A program made the position numbers and the translations under genes. From Clostridia bacterium (GTDB lineage: Bacteria > Bacillota > Clostridia > RGIG7378), in the NCBI GenBank assembly GCA_017559445.1, contig JAFYSJ010000002.1:36087-100086 (forward strand): 64,000 nucleotides of DNA. The letters are read 5' to 3'. Of the stretch, positions 28,337 to 39,700 are shown piece by piece. The notes below the pieces were generated by a model, which was not told the origin of the DNA, ran no database searches, and saw only the letters and a list, made by a program, of their open reading frames with translations. Positions within the stretch are counted from its first letter, which is position 1, and each line of letters opens with the position of its first letter.

Positions 28337-29818
28337 TTATCTCTCGTCGTAGTAGAATACGAACTTATTAACGATTGCAACAATCACAACCATGATCAAA
28401 CCAATGCAGAGGAAGTAAATCCAAGACATTGCGGAACCCAAACCGTAATCCATGTTTACGAAGCTGATGTCATAAATGAAGTCAAGGATTGAGCTGTAGG
28501 AGCTGTACTTATCTCCGATCTTAGCTGCGGATGTGAAGCAGTCTACAACAGTATAAACGATGTTTACAACGAAGTAGGGAGATACCATAGGAAGTGTAAT
28601 CTTCCAGAAATCTTCCCAACCTGTAGCACCTTCAATACTGGATGCCTCGTACAAGGATCTTGGAACTGACTGCAATGCTGCAAGGAATACCAAAATCTGT
28701 ACACCGGAAGCAGAAATGATGGAGTACAAGTTGTTAACAACTGCCATAACTACTGTAACGATTTTCTCAGGAATATTGAGGGCTGTGAGCATTGTCTGAA
28801 GCTCGAAAGCCTGCATGCCTGATGAACCACTGCTTGCTACCTGATTCTGGAAGCTGGCCTGCATTGCTGTCATCAATACGTCAGATGTCTCAATTGCAAG
28901 GATAACACCAGAAGTCAAAATAACTGGCATGAAGAATACGGCACGAACAAAACCTCTACCCTTGAAGGATCTGTTAAGCAATACAGCAGCGAAGAAGCTG
29001 AAGATTACAACAAGAGGAAGTGTTGTTGCCATGTTTGTGATAGATGTCAACAAGTAAGAAGAGAAGTTAACATCTACAAACAAAGCTCTGTAGTAGTTGT
29101 ATGGAACATAAATTGTTCCTGTAGCTGCCTGATACCAACCTGCGTTTGTGATTGTGTAACCACCAGTACCGTGTACGTCTACGATACTAAGGCTGAATAC
29201 CAAGGACTTAACAACAGGTGTAAGGAAGAAGAGCAAGAAACCAATGATAAATGGCAACAGGAACAAATAACCTGTAATAGCTCTCTTCTGAACCAATGTT
29301 GTCTGAACCTCATTGATGGGGCTGAAAATGTTAGCAAGAATTCCGATTACAAGCTGTAATGCGAATACTCCCACCATAACGAAGAGCCAAATTGTGAATG
29401 TGAACTTTGGCCAAGATGTGAAGCTATACTGAGTGTCTGCAGACAACTGAGCAATCTTCATTGCAAGACCATTATTCATCTCAACCATCAAGAGGACGGA
29501 AGCCAGGACTCCCACTCCGGATGCAGCAGCACCGAAGCGGAGACCATACTTGTTTTTAATGAAAAATGCAACTGTTGCAAGGATGGCACATGCTACGATT
29601 AAGATGCCGATATCCATTGTAACTGTCTGTGTTGAATCTCTAAGAATATCAAGAGAAGCAGCAAAATCGATGCCGGAAATCAGCTTCCAACCTGTGTAGC
29701 TTGTGAAGAACTTTCCACCATTAGTAACATTAACAAGTGGGAAGAACATGCATGCAATTGCTACGATTGAGCAAACTGTAACCAGTAAAGAATACGGTAA
29801 TTTCTTCAAAAATTTCAT
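28337..29818 (-). CDS. Carbohydrate ABC transporter permease (MalF-like, long form with an N-terminal extension)
   Basis: 493 aa. EAA-like motif SLYEASSIEGATGWEDFWKITLP. Carries extra N-terminal TM segments. Confidence 0.75.
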   Translation of the reverse strand: MKFLKKLPYSLLVTVCSIVAIACMFFPLVNVTNGGKFFTSYTGWKLISGIDFAASLDILRDSTQTVTMDIGILIVACAILATVAFFIKNKYGLRFGAAASGVGVLASVLLMVEMNNGLAMKIAQLSADTQYSFTSWPKFTFTIWLFVMVGVFALQLVIGILANIFSPINEVQTTLVQKRAITGYLFLLPFIIGFLLFFLTPVVKSLVFSLSIVDVHGTGGYTITNAGWYQAATGTIYVPYNYYRALFVDVNFSSYLLTSITNMATTLPLVVIFSFFAAVLLNRSFKGRGFVRAVFFMPVILTSGVILAIETSDVLMTAMQASFQNQVASSGSSGMQAFELQTMLTALNIPEKIVTVVMAVVNNLYSIISASGVQILVFLAALQSVPRSLYEASSIEGATGWEDFWKITLPMVSPYFVVNIVYTVVDCFTSAAKIGDKYSSYSSILDFIYDISFVNMDYGLGSAMSWIYFLCIGLIMVVIVAIVNKFVFYYDER

Positions 29819-29838
29819 AATTTCACCTCTCCTACTGT

Positions 29839-32418
29839 TTACTTAGTTACCAAATAGCCCTGAGCATCAACAACAAATCCCTCACCGATGTAAGCGTCCT
29901 TGTTGTAGTTAACGATGATCTTAGTACCATTTGCGTATGTTGTACGGAATACATTATCTGCAAGAATCTCGTGGTTAGTGATCTCAACTGTCTGCAAATC
30001 CTTGAGAATGTTGTTAATCTCAACGTACTCCTCAGCAATTCTGCTTACCCAACCCTCATAATTTACGGAGTAGAGGAAGGAGAAGTCTGTCTTGGAAACG
30101 ATAGAGTTCTCAACATAAATCAATGTAGCGCTAAGAGAAGCACCAGTCTCAATAGTCTTGAGAATATTCTTTGTGTAGTTTGTGGACAAGTTCATATCTG
30201 CACCTGTGTAATCAACGTAGTTATGAACTACGATCTGATAGAATGGAACAGATACGTCTGTGCTGTTGAACTCGTTGCTTGTAAGAGAAGAATTAAGAAT
30301 AACGTCTGCACTTGCAAGTGTGTAATCATTACCTGTAAGAGTCATTACCTTATAGTTCTCAGCCATCTTTGCAAACAATGTTGTGTACAAATCTGCAGCC
30401 ATAGTTCTATCAAATGTGCTCTTTACATAGAAGTCAGAGTTAACATCCTTACCAAGAGTTCTAGCACTGATACCACCAATGTTGCCATAATCGTTCAAAA
30501 TCTCGATGTAGCTCTCTACATACTTCTGAACAGATGTTGGCTTTACGATGAACTTCTTGAAAAGCTTGTTATGCTGGTATGTTGCGATATCCAAGTCATA
30601 AGCAGGCTTTGTTGTTCTATCCAAGAAACGAATACTGTCTCTGAATGTTGTAAATCCATCGAACATCTTATCCTTGTGTGCATACTCGAAAGTTGCATCA
30701 AGGAACAATGTTTCATTCTTGCTGTTAAGGTAATCTGCCAATGCAAGCAAGTCCTTCTCGCCGCCCAAGCTCTTCTCTACCTTAACATTGTTTGTTACAT
30801 AGTGATTGTAACCGCCGTTCATCCATCCTACATAACGAACATCCAAGTTGAGAACACCAGCATTATACAATGCCTCTGTAATCTCCTTAGCCTGATCGAA
30901 TGTTGTCAATGGCTCACGAACTTTAACTGGCATACCGAATACAGTCTTAACTCTATCGATAGCACCTACGTATGTAACATAAAGTTCTGTGTTGTCATCA
31001 TAATCAGTCTGGTTAAGAAGGTTATTCTTAAGCAAGTACTCTCTGTATGCCTTAGCCATGCCTGCGTAAGATGCTTCATCACCAGACAAGAATGTGTAGT
31101 TAAGCACGATATTTGTCTGACAGATTGTCTCCTGATATACGTTTCTGGAGTTCTTACCATCCAAGCTGGACAAGTCAAGGGAGTTGAACTGAATCATGTA
31201 GAATGTTGCATATACGTTGTTATAGCTGTATCTATAACCTGCAACCTCTGCGGAAATCTTAGCAACTGCTGCACCATCTTCAATAATTGTAAGGAATGCA
31301 TTGTTACCTTCCTTAATACCATATACTGGCATTGTAATCTGGTCGTAAGACTGGAAAGTCTCCTTAATGTTTGTGGACTTATCCAAACCATATACGTTGT
31401 TCATATATGTAGGAGCAACCATGTTGCCATTGTTGAGATAAATCAATGCGCCAGAAGCATCTGGAACGAAGATATATCCCTCTTCCTCTGTCTCAGCATA
31501 TGCTGCGTCAAAGAAAGGTGCAACGGAAATTGTGTACAATGGGAATGTTGGATTGTACTGAATATCCTTTGCCTTGCAGTCGATAACGAAATTGCCATCA
31601 ACAAGCTTGTAATCAACTGTAACAATGAAGTAGGGAGTTGTAATTTCCTTCTCATCACCAAGTGTGATATCGAGCTTATTATCAATCTCCTTCTGCTCCT
31701 CTGTGTAGTTAAGAGTTGCAAAAACGGCCTCAACTTCATCCTTAATATAATCCTGCAAACCGTTACGCAAGATTCTCAAGTTCTGCTCTGCCAATGTTGG
31801 GAACTGTGCAAGATCCTCTGGTGTTGCTGTATCTGCTGTTGCAAGACGATATCTCTTCTTAAGAGTCTTAGCACCCTCGTCATCGCCATTTGCTTCCAAT
31901 GTAGCAACATAAGCATCAAAGTCTGCCTCTGTCATAACAGAAGGCATGAGCCAAAGCTTCTGGAATACACCAAGTGTATAAACAGCTCTTACACCATCCT
32001 CAATAGCATAATACTTTGTAGCATCCTTATACTCATTAGAGTACATGTTCTTAGCTGTTGCGCTGTCAAAGTAAGACAACAAAATTGGAGACTTCTGAGT
32101 GAGCTTGTTAATACCAGATGTTGCTGTAACAGAATCTGTATCCAATGTTGCTGGGAACAAATAGTGATACTCACCTGTTGTCTTATCAAGAATAGCAATG
32201 TTGGAATCATCCTGCTTAAGGAACATAGCCAACTTATCATTCTCGTAAGCACCCTCAAAACCATCCAAGGAAGTGGAGAGTTTAACAGCTGTAAACTCTT
32301 CCAATCCTTCAGCAGGATCAAACATCTCTCCTGCCTCTGCTGCAAATGCAGATGTGAATGTTGTGAACAACATTCCAAGTACAAGCAGCATACTGATTAA
32401 AGATTTAAAATTCTTCAT
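29839..32418 (-). CDS. Large secreted protein of unknown function (859 aa), possibly carbohydrate-active
   Basis: Signal peptide MKNFKSLISMLLVLGMLFTTFTSAFA. No LPXTG motif and no TM segment. Embedded between sugar permeases. No recognisable catalytic motif was identified. Confidence 0.55.
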   Translation of the reverse strand: MKNFKSLISMLLVLGMLFTTFTSAFAAEAGEMFDPAEGLEEFTAVKLSTSLDGFEGAYENDKLAMFLKQDDSNIAILDKTTGEYHYLFPATLDTDSVTATSGINKLTQKSPILLSYFDSATAKNMYSNEYKDATKYYAIEDGVRAVYTLGVFQKLWLMPSVMTEADFDAYVATLEANGDDEGAKTLKKRYRLATADTATPEDLAQFPTLAEQNLRILRNGLQDYIKDEVEAVFATLNYTEEQKEIDNKLDITLGDEKEITTPYFIVTVDYKLVDGNFVIDCKAKDIQYNPTFPLYTISVAPFFDAAYAETEEEGYIFVPDASGALIYLNNGNMVAPTYMNNVYGLDKSTNIKETFQSYDQITMPVYGIKEGNNAFLTIIEDGAAVAKISAEVAGYRYSYNNVYATFYMIQFNSLDLSSLDGKNSRNVYQETICQTNIVLNYTFLSGDEASYAGMAKAYREYLLKNNLLNQTDYDDNTELYVTYVGAIDRVKTVFGMPVKVREPLTTFDQAKEITEALYNAGVLNLDVRYVGWMNGGYNHYVTNNVKVEKSLGGEKDLLALADYLNSKNETLFLDATFEYAHKDKMFDGFTTFRDSIRFLDRTTKPAYDLDIATYQHNKLFKKFIVKPTSVQKYVESYIEILNDYGNIGGISARTLGKDVNSDFYVKSTFDRTMAADLYTTLFAKMAENYKVMTLTGNDYTLASADVILNSSLTSNEFNSTDVSVPFYQIVVHNYVDYTGADMNLSTNYTKNILKTIETGASLSATLIYVENSIVSKTDFSFLYSVNYEGWVSRIAEEYVEINNILKDLQTVEITNHEILADNVFRTTYANGTKIIVNYNKDAYIGEGFVVDAQGYLVTK

Positions 32419-32450
32419 AATTTCTTTCCTTTCTCAAAAAACCGCTTGTA

Positions 32451-34829
32451 TTATCTAAATGAAAGTTCACGATAGATAACGTATACGAAGCCCCATACCT
32501 GCTGCAAGATACTGAAGAACAGTACGCCGATGAAGATAATAATTACGGCTGCAAGCAAGATTACGAGAGTTACCAACATTGTCTTAGCAAATGAGTACTG
32601 GTGAGTAATCATTGTACCAACAACAATCAGCAAACCTGCCCAAACCAATCCGAAGATTGCGAGGAATGAGTGGATAGCACCTTCCTCAAGTGTTACACAG
32701 TAGCTGAGCAATACATTTGGAATGTAGAGCACTGGGATTGGCAACAATGCGTAGCAGGATGCCATAAAGATCTGCTTCATGTTTCCTTCGCCGTCCAACA
32801 AAGTTGTTGTACACCAGTTAGCAATTACCCACAAAGCCAAAGGTGCAAGTACTGCCAAGAACTCAATCCAAATATTAATCTTAGTTACATCGTTCTTGTT
32901 AAATGTGAATGATGTAAGCTGCTTCTGAAGAATCAAGGAGAAGATTGTAAGGGCAACGATGCCAATTGCAATCCAGATGTTTCCTCTGTTTTCCATCTTA
33001 AGTTCATAGAATCCCTTAACTGGGTTAAGCATATTCCTAAATGCAAATTTGATCTTCTCGCTTAAGCACTGTGGATCCTTAGCGGGCTTACCCTCTGGAC
33101 CATACTTCTTAAGAATCTGCTTCTTGCGAATTGCCTTGAATACTGCAATAGCAATTACAAGTACGAGAGCACATGTCATGAATGGACCGAATGCGTCATC
33201 AATCAACTCACTTCTTCTCTGCTTCCAAGCATTGGAGTAGTTTGTCTTCTTGTCGCCCAGCTTGAAGTACTTCATAGCTGTGTCGTAGTTCTTGTTCATG
33301 TACTCAACTCGGCCTACACCGATGTAAGCAAGCTGGAAGTTTGCGTTGTGGTAATCAATAATCTCCTGCCACAACTTTGCTGCATCATCCCACTTACCTT
33401 CATCCTGAAGTGCAAGAGCCTGGAGGATGTATCCGCCGTACTCAGTAATCTGGAACAAGGATACATAACCAGTTGTCTGGTCAAGTACCATCATGTCTGT
33501 ACCAAGGTACTCAATGGATACTGGCTTCTTGAATGTACCAGCTCTGATACCCAAGCCGCCGAAAATATAGAGGAGGTTACCATCCTGGTCGTATGTGAAA
33601 ACACGTCCTCTTGTGGAGTCCAATACGGAGTATACACCGTTGTTGGAACCATTGTTCAAAAGTGCTACGTCAACAATTCTGGATACACCAGCCTGCTCTG
33701 TTGCGTAGTAGTCAACCTGAACGTCTCCACCAGGAGCGAACCATGATGTTCTATAAAGAACGTCATTACCCAATGGGTTAAGTCTCTTTACAGAAGCATA
33801 ACGGTCGTCGTCTGTACCTGATGTAATATGTGCCTGGAACTCATACTGAGATACAGAAGAAGATGTTACGTAGATGAAGGACTTATCATCAATAGCAACG
33901 GAACTGTACTCAGAAGGAGTGAATGTAGCCTGTCTAGCTCTCTGCTCTCTGGTCATGAACCATCTCTTAATAACCTGGAAAATGGAAACACGAACCTTAG
34001 CTCTGCCGAAGAATGCTGTGAAGTTACCATCAGCATCAAACTTAAGCAAACCAGAAGTTACGTTCTTAGCAGCTACATAAAGTCTACCACCATCATCAAC
34101 TACCAAGGAGATTGGATAGTAAACATAGCCTGCTTCGAAGAGGTCGGACTCTGGAGCACCCAAAAGTCTTAAAACATCGTACTCCTTAGTCTCTTCGTTT
34201 AATCTGAAATGTACGATTCTAGAGTTGTTTGTATCACAAACATAGAATGTACCATCATTATCTACGAACATACCCTGAGGCTCACAGAACTGATACTGCT
34301 TACCCTCAAATGTATAGCCTGTAATTTCTCCAACAAGTGTCCAAGCATCTGGGTTCTCAGTCTTGTAAGAGAAAATCAAAAGACGACCCTTAGGAGTTGT
34401 ATCTACAACATCCTCTGTTGAGTCTGTTGTAACATCTGTTGTTACGTCTGTTGTTGCATCAGTTGTAACGTCTGTTGTTACATCACCTGTCTCATCAACA
34501 GTAGCAACACCCTCATCTGTTGTTACATCAGTTGTTGTATCACCTGTTACAGGAGCAATCCACTTAGAATCCAAGTAGTAGATCAAGTTGTTTGCTTCGT
34601 CACAAATAATAGCAACTGGATAAACAACAGGAGAATCTACGCCTTCAATCTTAGATACATCGATAACGGATGATACCTCGTATGCTGGTGGAGCGTAGAG
34701 AACATTCTTTGTAGAACTATATGTATAGTTAGAGAATGCTGCTGTTTCAGCAAAAGCTGGATAACAGCTAGATACCAACATAACAACAAGGAGAATTAAT
34801 GTTGAAATTTTAATTAATGCTTTCTTCAT
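32451..34829 (-). CDS. Fusion protein: signal peptide, a (T-D-V-T)n linker, an NHL-like beta-propeller, and a C-terminal Yip1-like multi-TM domain
   Basis: 792 aa, starting at MKKALIKIST with RBS aggagg. NHL-like blades (YVCDTNNSRIVHF, LYVAAKNVTSGLLKFDADGN). The C-terminal roughly 230 aa has 5 or more TM segments, Yip1-like. Low-complexity TTDVTTDATTDVTTDVTTD stretch. Confidence 0.5.
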   Translation of the reverse strand: MKKALIKISTLILLVVMLVSSCYPAFAETAAFSNYTYSSTKNVLYAPPAYEVSSVIDVSKIEGVDSPVVYPVAIICDEANNLIYYLDSKWIAPVTGDTTTDVTTDEGVATVDETGDVTTDVTTDATTDVTTDVTTDSTEDVVDTTPKGRLLIFSYKTENPDAWTLVGEITGYTFEGKQYQFCEPQGMFVDNDGTFYVCDTNNSRIVHFRLNEETKEYDVLRLLGAPESDLFEAGYVYYPISLVVDDGGRLYVAAKNVTSGLLKFDADGNFTAFFGRAKVRVSIFQVIKRWFMTREQRARQATFTPSEYSSVAIDDKSFIYVTSSSVSQYEFQAHITSGTDDDRYASVKRLNPLGNDVLYRTSWFAPGGDVQVDYYATEQAGVSRIVDVALLNNGSNNGVYSVLDSTRGRVFTYDQDGNLLYIFGGLGIRAGTFKKPVSIEYLGTDMMVLDQTTGYVSLFQITEYGGYILQALALQDEGKWDDAAKLWQEIIDYHNANFQLAYIGVGRVEYMNKNYDTAMKYFKLGDKKTNYSNAWKQRRSELIDDAFGPFMTCALVLVIAIAVFKAIRKKQILKKYGPEGKPAKDPQCLSEKIKFAFRNMLNPVKGFYELKMENRGNIWIAIGIVALTIFSLILQKQLTSFTFNKNDVTKINIWIEFLAVLAPLALWVIANWCTTTLLDGEGNMKQIFMASCYALLPIPVLYIPNVLLSYCVTLEEGAIHSFLAIFGLVWAGLLIVVGTMITHQYSFAKTMLVTLVILLAAVIIIFIGVLFFSILQQVWGFVYVIYRELSFR

Positions 34830-34839
34830 TTTGTCCTCC

Positions 34840-35751
34840 TTACTTAATACCTGAAGATGCCATTGTCTCAACAACGTTGGACTCTGTCAGCATGAACATT
34901 ACGATAGGAACGATCATGATGAATACGGCTACAGCAGAACCTGCACCCTGTCTAGCTACACCACCAGCCAAAATCTGGTTAAGAGCATAAGGCAAAGTCT
35001 TGAACTGCTCACTGAATACGTATACACCACCAGTTGTGTTCCAGAGAGACTGGAAGGAGAAGATAATCAATGTGAGCCAAGCTGGCTTAACGTTGGGCAT
35101 CGCAATGCTCCAGTAAACTCTGAACTCGTTTGCACCGTCGATACGAGCGGATTCGCAAAGAGCTGTTGGAAGTCCTTCCATGAACTGCTTCATAAGGAAG
35201 AGACCCATTGTGCTGGCAAATGCTGGAACTACAAGAGCAAGGTATGTATCCAACCATCCCAAACCAGAAAGAATCAAGTAGTTAGGAATGTATGTAACAG
35301 TTGCTGGGAACATCAAAGCCCAAATAACAGCTGTGAACAAGAAGTTCTTGCCAGGGAACTCATGCTTAGCCAATGCGAAAGCTGCCATTGAAGCCAAGAA
35401 CAAGTGTCCAATTGTACCGCATGCTGTAATGAATACGGTATTGAAAATGTATCTTGAGAATGGAACCCAAGACTCAGACATGATAATGAACAAGTCACTA
35501 AAGTTGTCCAATGTAGGGTTACGAGCAAAGAATCTCGGAGGGAATGCGAACAGCTCATCCATAGGCTTAACGGAGTTACTGATTGCATATACGAAGGGCA
35601 AAAGCATGAAGATACCTACGCCGATAAGCATTGCCATAATTGCTACGTCGCCGCCAACGGATCTGTTAGGCTTTCTTCTGCGGATAAACTTGCCTCCGAT
35701 CTTTGTTACTTTTTCTTCTTTAATTTTAGGTTCTTTAGCTTTTCTTGCCAT
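34840..35751 (-). CDS. Carbohydrate ABC transporter permease (MalG-like)
   Basis: EAA-like motif ESARIDGANEFRVYWSIAMP. 303 aa. Confidence 0.8.
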   Translation of the reverse strand: MARKAKEPKIKEEKVTKIGGKFIRRRKPNRSVGGDVAIMAMLIGVGIFMLLPFVYAISNSVKPMDELFAFPPRFFARNPTLDNFSDLFIIMSESWVPFSRYIFNTVFITACGTIGHLFLASMAAFALAKHEFPGKNFLFTAVIWALMFPATVTYIPNYLILSGLGWLDTYLALVVPAFASTMGLFLMKQFMEGLPTALCESARIDGANEFRVYWSIAMPNVKPAWLTLIIFSFQSLWNTTGGVYVFSEQFKTLPYALNQILAGGVARQGAGSAVAVFIMIVPIVMFMLTESNVVETMASSGIK

Positions 35752-35752
35752 A

Positions 35753-36700
35753 TCAAGTACCTACTTTCTGGAGAAGATTTTGAATCAGTCTGTTAAGACC
35801 GAGACAAGCGCCAAACAACAGAACGGCGATTGCAGATGCGTAGCCCATTTCGAATCTAACATCACCATAGTCCTGAAGGTGGTTAACAATTGTGTGTACC
35901 GCATAGTCTGTGCTGGGGAATCCACACATAGCTGTCATGATGTCTGCTGCACCGAATGTGGATGTAATAGACATAACAGCTGCGAACAACAACTGAGGCT
36001 TCATTGAAGGAAGTGTGATATACCACAACTCCTGCCATCTGTTGCTGATACCGTCAACATATCCAGCCTCGTAAAGCTCCTTATCGATACCCTGCAAACC
36101 AGCTACGTGAGACAAGAAGCCAGCGCCCAAGGAACTCCAAAGAGCAACAACGATACATACAAACATCATAGTCTTAGTATCTGTTGTCCACTGAACGGCC
36201 TTGTTGATAATACCCCAGTTCATAAGAACACCGTTAATCCAACCGTAAGAGTCACCAGAGAACATGATGCTCCATACCATGTAAACCTGACCTGAAATTG
36301 TAGGTGCATAGAATACAAGGATCATGATAGCTCTTACCTTAGGAGGAAGTTCGTTAATGAACCATGCAAATACGAATGCTGCCAAATAGCCCAAGGGGCC
36401 AGTAATAATAGCGAAAATAAATGTATTCTGAATAGCGAGGATGAATACATCGTCATGCAGGAAAAGGTTGAGGAAGTTAGTCCAACCTATAAACTGCGGT
36501 GCCTCCAAGATATTATAGTAAGTAAAGCTATAATATACGGAGATAATAACAGGTACGATTGTGAACATTACGAAGAGAATGTAGTAAGGCATCAAGAACA
36601 AATAGGATGCCTTGCTCTCCTTAATGCGACCCCAGAGAGTCCATTTCTTCTCGTAATCTTTGAGTTCACGTCTTTTCTTTGTAGCAACTGCTGTACTCAT
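35753..36700 (-). CDS. Carbohydrate ABC transporter permease (MalF/UgpA-like)
   Basis: EAA-like motif ELYEAGYVDGISNRWQELWYITLP. 315 aa. Confidence 0.8.
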   Translation of the reverse strand: MSTAVATKKRRELKDYEKKWTLWGRIKESKASYLFLMPYYILFVMFTIVPVIISVYYSFTYYNILEAPQFIGWTNFLNLFLHDDVFILAIQNTFIFAIITGPLGYLAAFVFAWFINELPPKVRAIMILVFYAPTISGQVYMVWSIMFSGDSYGWINGVLMNWGIINKAVQWTTDTKTMMFVCIVVALWSSLGAGFLSHVAGLQGIDKELYEAGYVDGISNRWQELWYITLPSMKPQLLFAAVMSITSTFGAADIMTAMCGFPSTDYAVHTIVNHLQDYGDVRFEMGYASAIAVLLFGACLGLNRLIQNLLQKVGT

Positions 36701-36725
36701 TGTTTACTCCTTTCGAAATGTCTCT

Positions 36726-39700
36726 CTAGTTTCCGTTCTTACCAGCTGCAATATCATCAGCAGTTGGAAGTCCGAACTCAATACGCTTATTTGTAATTTC
36801 GTCATTGATTGTACGCAAGTACTCAATCAATGTTTCACGAGGGTCAACCTTGTTATATACGCACTTTCTGAATGCGTTAGAAAGGTGACGGCTTGTGAAG
36901 TAGCTACCAGGCAACTGTGGAATACCCTGTGCCCAATCCCACTGCTCAAGAATCATTGCGTGATCCTTAGTTGTCCAGGAGATCTGGTCAAATGCCTCAA
37001 GGTTTGCTGTTGCATATCTTGCAGCAGAACCCATAACGGACTCAAGGTTCTTACCGAACTTAACCTGAGTATCTGCAGATGTCCACCACTTCATGAACTC
37101 CCAAGATGCATCAGGATCCTCTGTAGCAGCAAGCATCATACATGCATTACCTGCAGAAGCAACGCTTCTGTCGATATATGTGTTACCGTTCTCGTCTACG
37201 CGCTCAACGCCAGGAACGAGGGACCAGTTCCACTTACCTCTGATTTCGGGAGCGAATACAGACAATGTGTTGTACAAGCTGTAGTCGGAAATACCAATTG
37301 GCATCTCACCGATTCTGAAACGGTTAAGGAAGTCATAAGTTACTTCGCAACCGTAGTCTGTATAGAACAAGCAAAGAAGCTTAAATGCCTCGATAGCCTC
37401 ATCGCTATCCATAGCTGTCTGTGTACCATCATCTGTATAAAGCTGTCCGCCATGCTGATACAAGAACATGGAGTAAATAGACAATGTAGTAGCTACGTCA
37501 GACATGGAAGCAAGACCGAATGCCAAGTTGTGCTCAGCCAAGTCAGGAAGGATGTTAATAACATCTGTCCATGTGTTAGGAACCTCAATGTTAAGTTCGT
37601 CCAAAACGTCTGTTCTGTAGAACAACATTGGGAATGTCTCTGTCTCAGGCAATCCGTAAACACCAACGTGTCCATTTGCGCCCTCAAACTTAAGAGCCTC
37701 AAGAGCACTGTCGTTAAATCTCTTAGCGATTTCCTCATAATCATCGAACTGAGTCAAATCGTAAGCTGCGCTACGGATAGCATAGTTAACAGGTTCTGTG
37801 CACCATACCTGAACAACAACGTCAGGACCGATACCAGCAACTACAGCAGGAAGAAGGTTACCACCTGTAACCAACTGAAGGTTAACGTAGATGGGGTGAC
37901 CAGATGCCTCTGTGTTAGGAACAAATGTATCGTCGATCAAAGCCTTAAGGATGTTGGACTGGTCACGACCAGTTGTGATCCAAACTCTAACGCTAGAAGA
38001 ATTACCATCCTCCTCGTAAACGTTACCGATAGAGCTGTAATCGTTGAAGAAGGAGTTAATAAATGCGCTAAACTCGTGAGCAATGCTCTGCCACCATCTA
38101 TCGTGTGCACGAGGAAGCTCAGCAATCTGATCCTCAGATGTTACATAGAAGCAATCCATCTCCAATGGAGTAGATGCCATGTTAATCATCCATGTAGACA
38201 AAGAACCGATGTTTGTCTTGAGCTGATCCAAAGCTTTTGGAATATTCTCAGGCTTTGCAACCAACTGTCTAAGCTGCTTAGAAAGAGTCTGAAGTGTACC
38301 TACCTTATCACCCTTTTCACCATCTGTAAGGATAAGGAGGTCTTCAATCATCTTATCAAGTTCGTTTGCTGTATTCTCGAAGATGAGGATAACGCCAGGA
38401 AGCTTCTTATCAAGCTGATAGTCAGCATATGTATCAGGAGTTGTACCTGTAATCATCAAAATCTTACGATAGCAAACGTTAAGCAAGTTAACGAGCTCGT
38501 TAGCCTTAGTGATCAATGTTGTCATGTCACCAATAGAAGCCTCGAGTCTGATTGTATGTGTACCCTTTGTCAAATAGAAAGTATATGGATTACCTGCATC
38601 GTCGCCGATTGTCATGTTAACCCACTTATTTTCGTACTCAAACTGAAGATTCTCGCACTCTGCAAATGGTACGGAACCATCAATTGTAAGGATACGTGTA
38701 GAATAGTTACCTCTTGCGATATTCTGTCTGTACTTAAGAGTCAAGCAGTAAAGGCCATCCTCTGGTACTTCAATAACGTACTCAATCCACTGACCAGATG
38801 TATTCCAAGTCTCACCACCAATTGTGTTGTATCTAATCTTGGAAACGCTGTAAGGTGTAACGTTAGCAGAAGATCTGTTGCTCTGAGCAATCAAAGTTGT
38901 GGAGGATGTGCGGTTTGTAAGCTCAGCCTCATACTTCTTGAAATAACCATCAACAACGTTCTTGTTTGTCAACTGACTAAGATATGTCTCGTATGTAGGT
39001 GCAGATACTCTATTTGCAATAGTAATCTGACCAATAACAACGGGCTCCTTAGTAGCCTCAAATGTAATTGTGTTCTCGCCTGCCTCAAGGTAGAAGTAAT
39101 ATGGCTCTACATAATAACCGTTAGGGTCAGTAATGTATGCGCCATTCCAAATTGGATCTTCAACCAGTCCAGGACGAATGTCATTGTCTCTGTTATCTAC
39201 TGCAAATCCTGTAACGGGATTCTTGTTAGTTGCAGTAACTTCCTTATTCTTCCATGTGCGCACGAACAACACTGTACCTGCATCAAAGAAAGGCAACTCG
39301 CCGTTGATCAAGAACTTACGCTCTGCATCAGATCCCTTGCCCTCTGTGGGAGAATATTCTACGAATACCTGGTAAAGTCCAGATGTCTGAACAGTGAACT
39401 TGTATGTAACACTGGATACCTCGTCTGTCTTGACTGCAGATCCGCCCTTATAACCGTTGTAATTATCAACAACGGAGAAACCATAAGAGTTCTCTGTATC
39501 CAAGTCAGCAGGTGTTACCTTAATAACATCTGTAGGCTTAACTGTAGACTTAACATGGCTAATGTAGTATGCATAAGAATTCATATCGATGTACGCAGGG
39601 TCATTCAATATGCTCTCAATAGTAATACCTTCGCCTGTAAAGTCGTCAGAGCCTACATCTCCAGTGGAATCAACTTCACCATTCGCTGAATTTCCTGCAT

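Noticed and set aside
29971-32400. 809-aa plus-strand ORF (Cys-rich, no start context) overlapping the 859-aa minus-strand gene
   Set aside because: It is the antisense shadow of a coherent secreted protein that has a signal peptide and an RBS. Its composition is extremely Cys/Leu/Ile-rich, typical of reverse-frame artefacts.
36660-39689. 1009-aa plus-strand ORF antisense to the 1021-aa secreted-protein gene
   Set aside because: Same reasoning. The minus-strand product has a clear signal peptide, RBS and sugar-binding-like domain. The plus-strand product is Cys-rich nonsense with no RBS.
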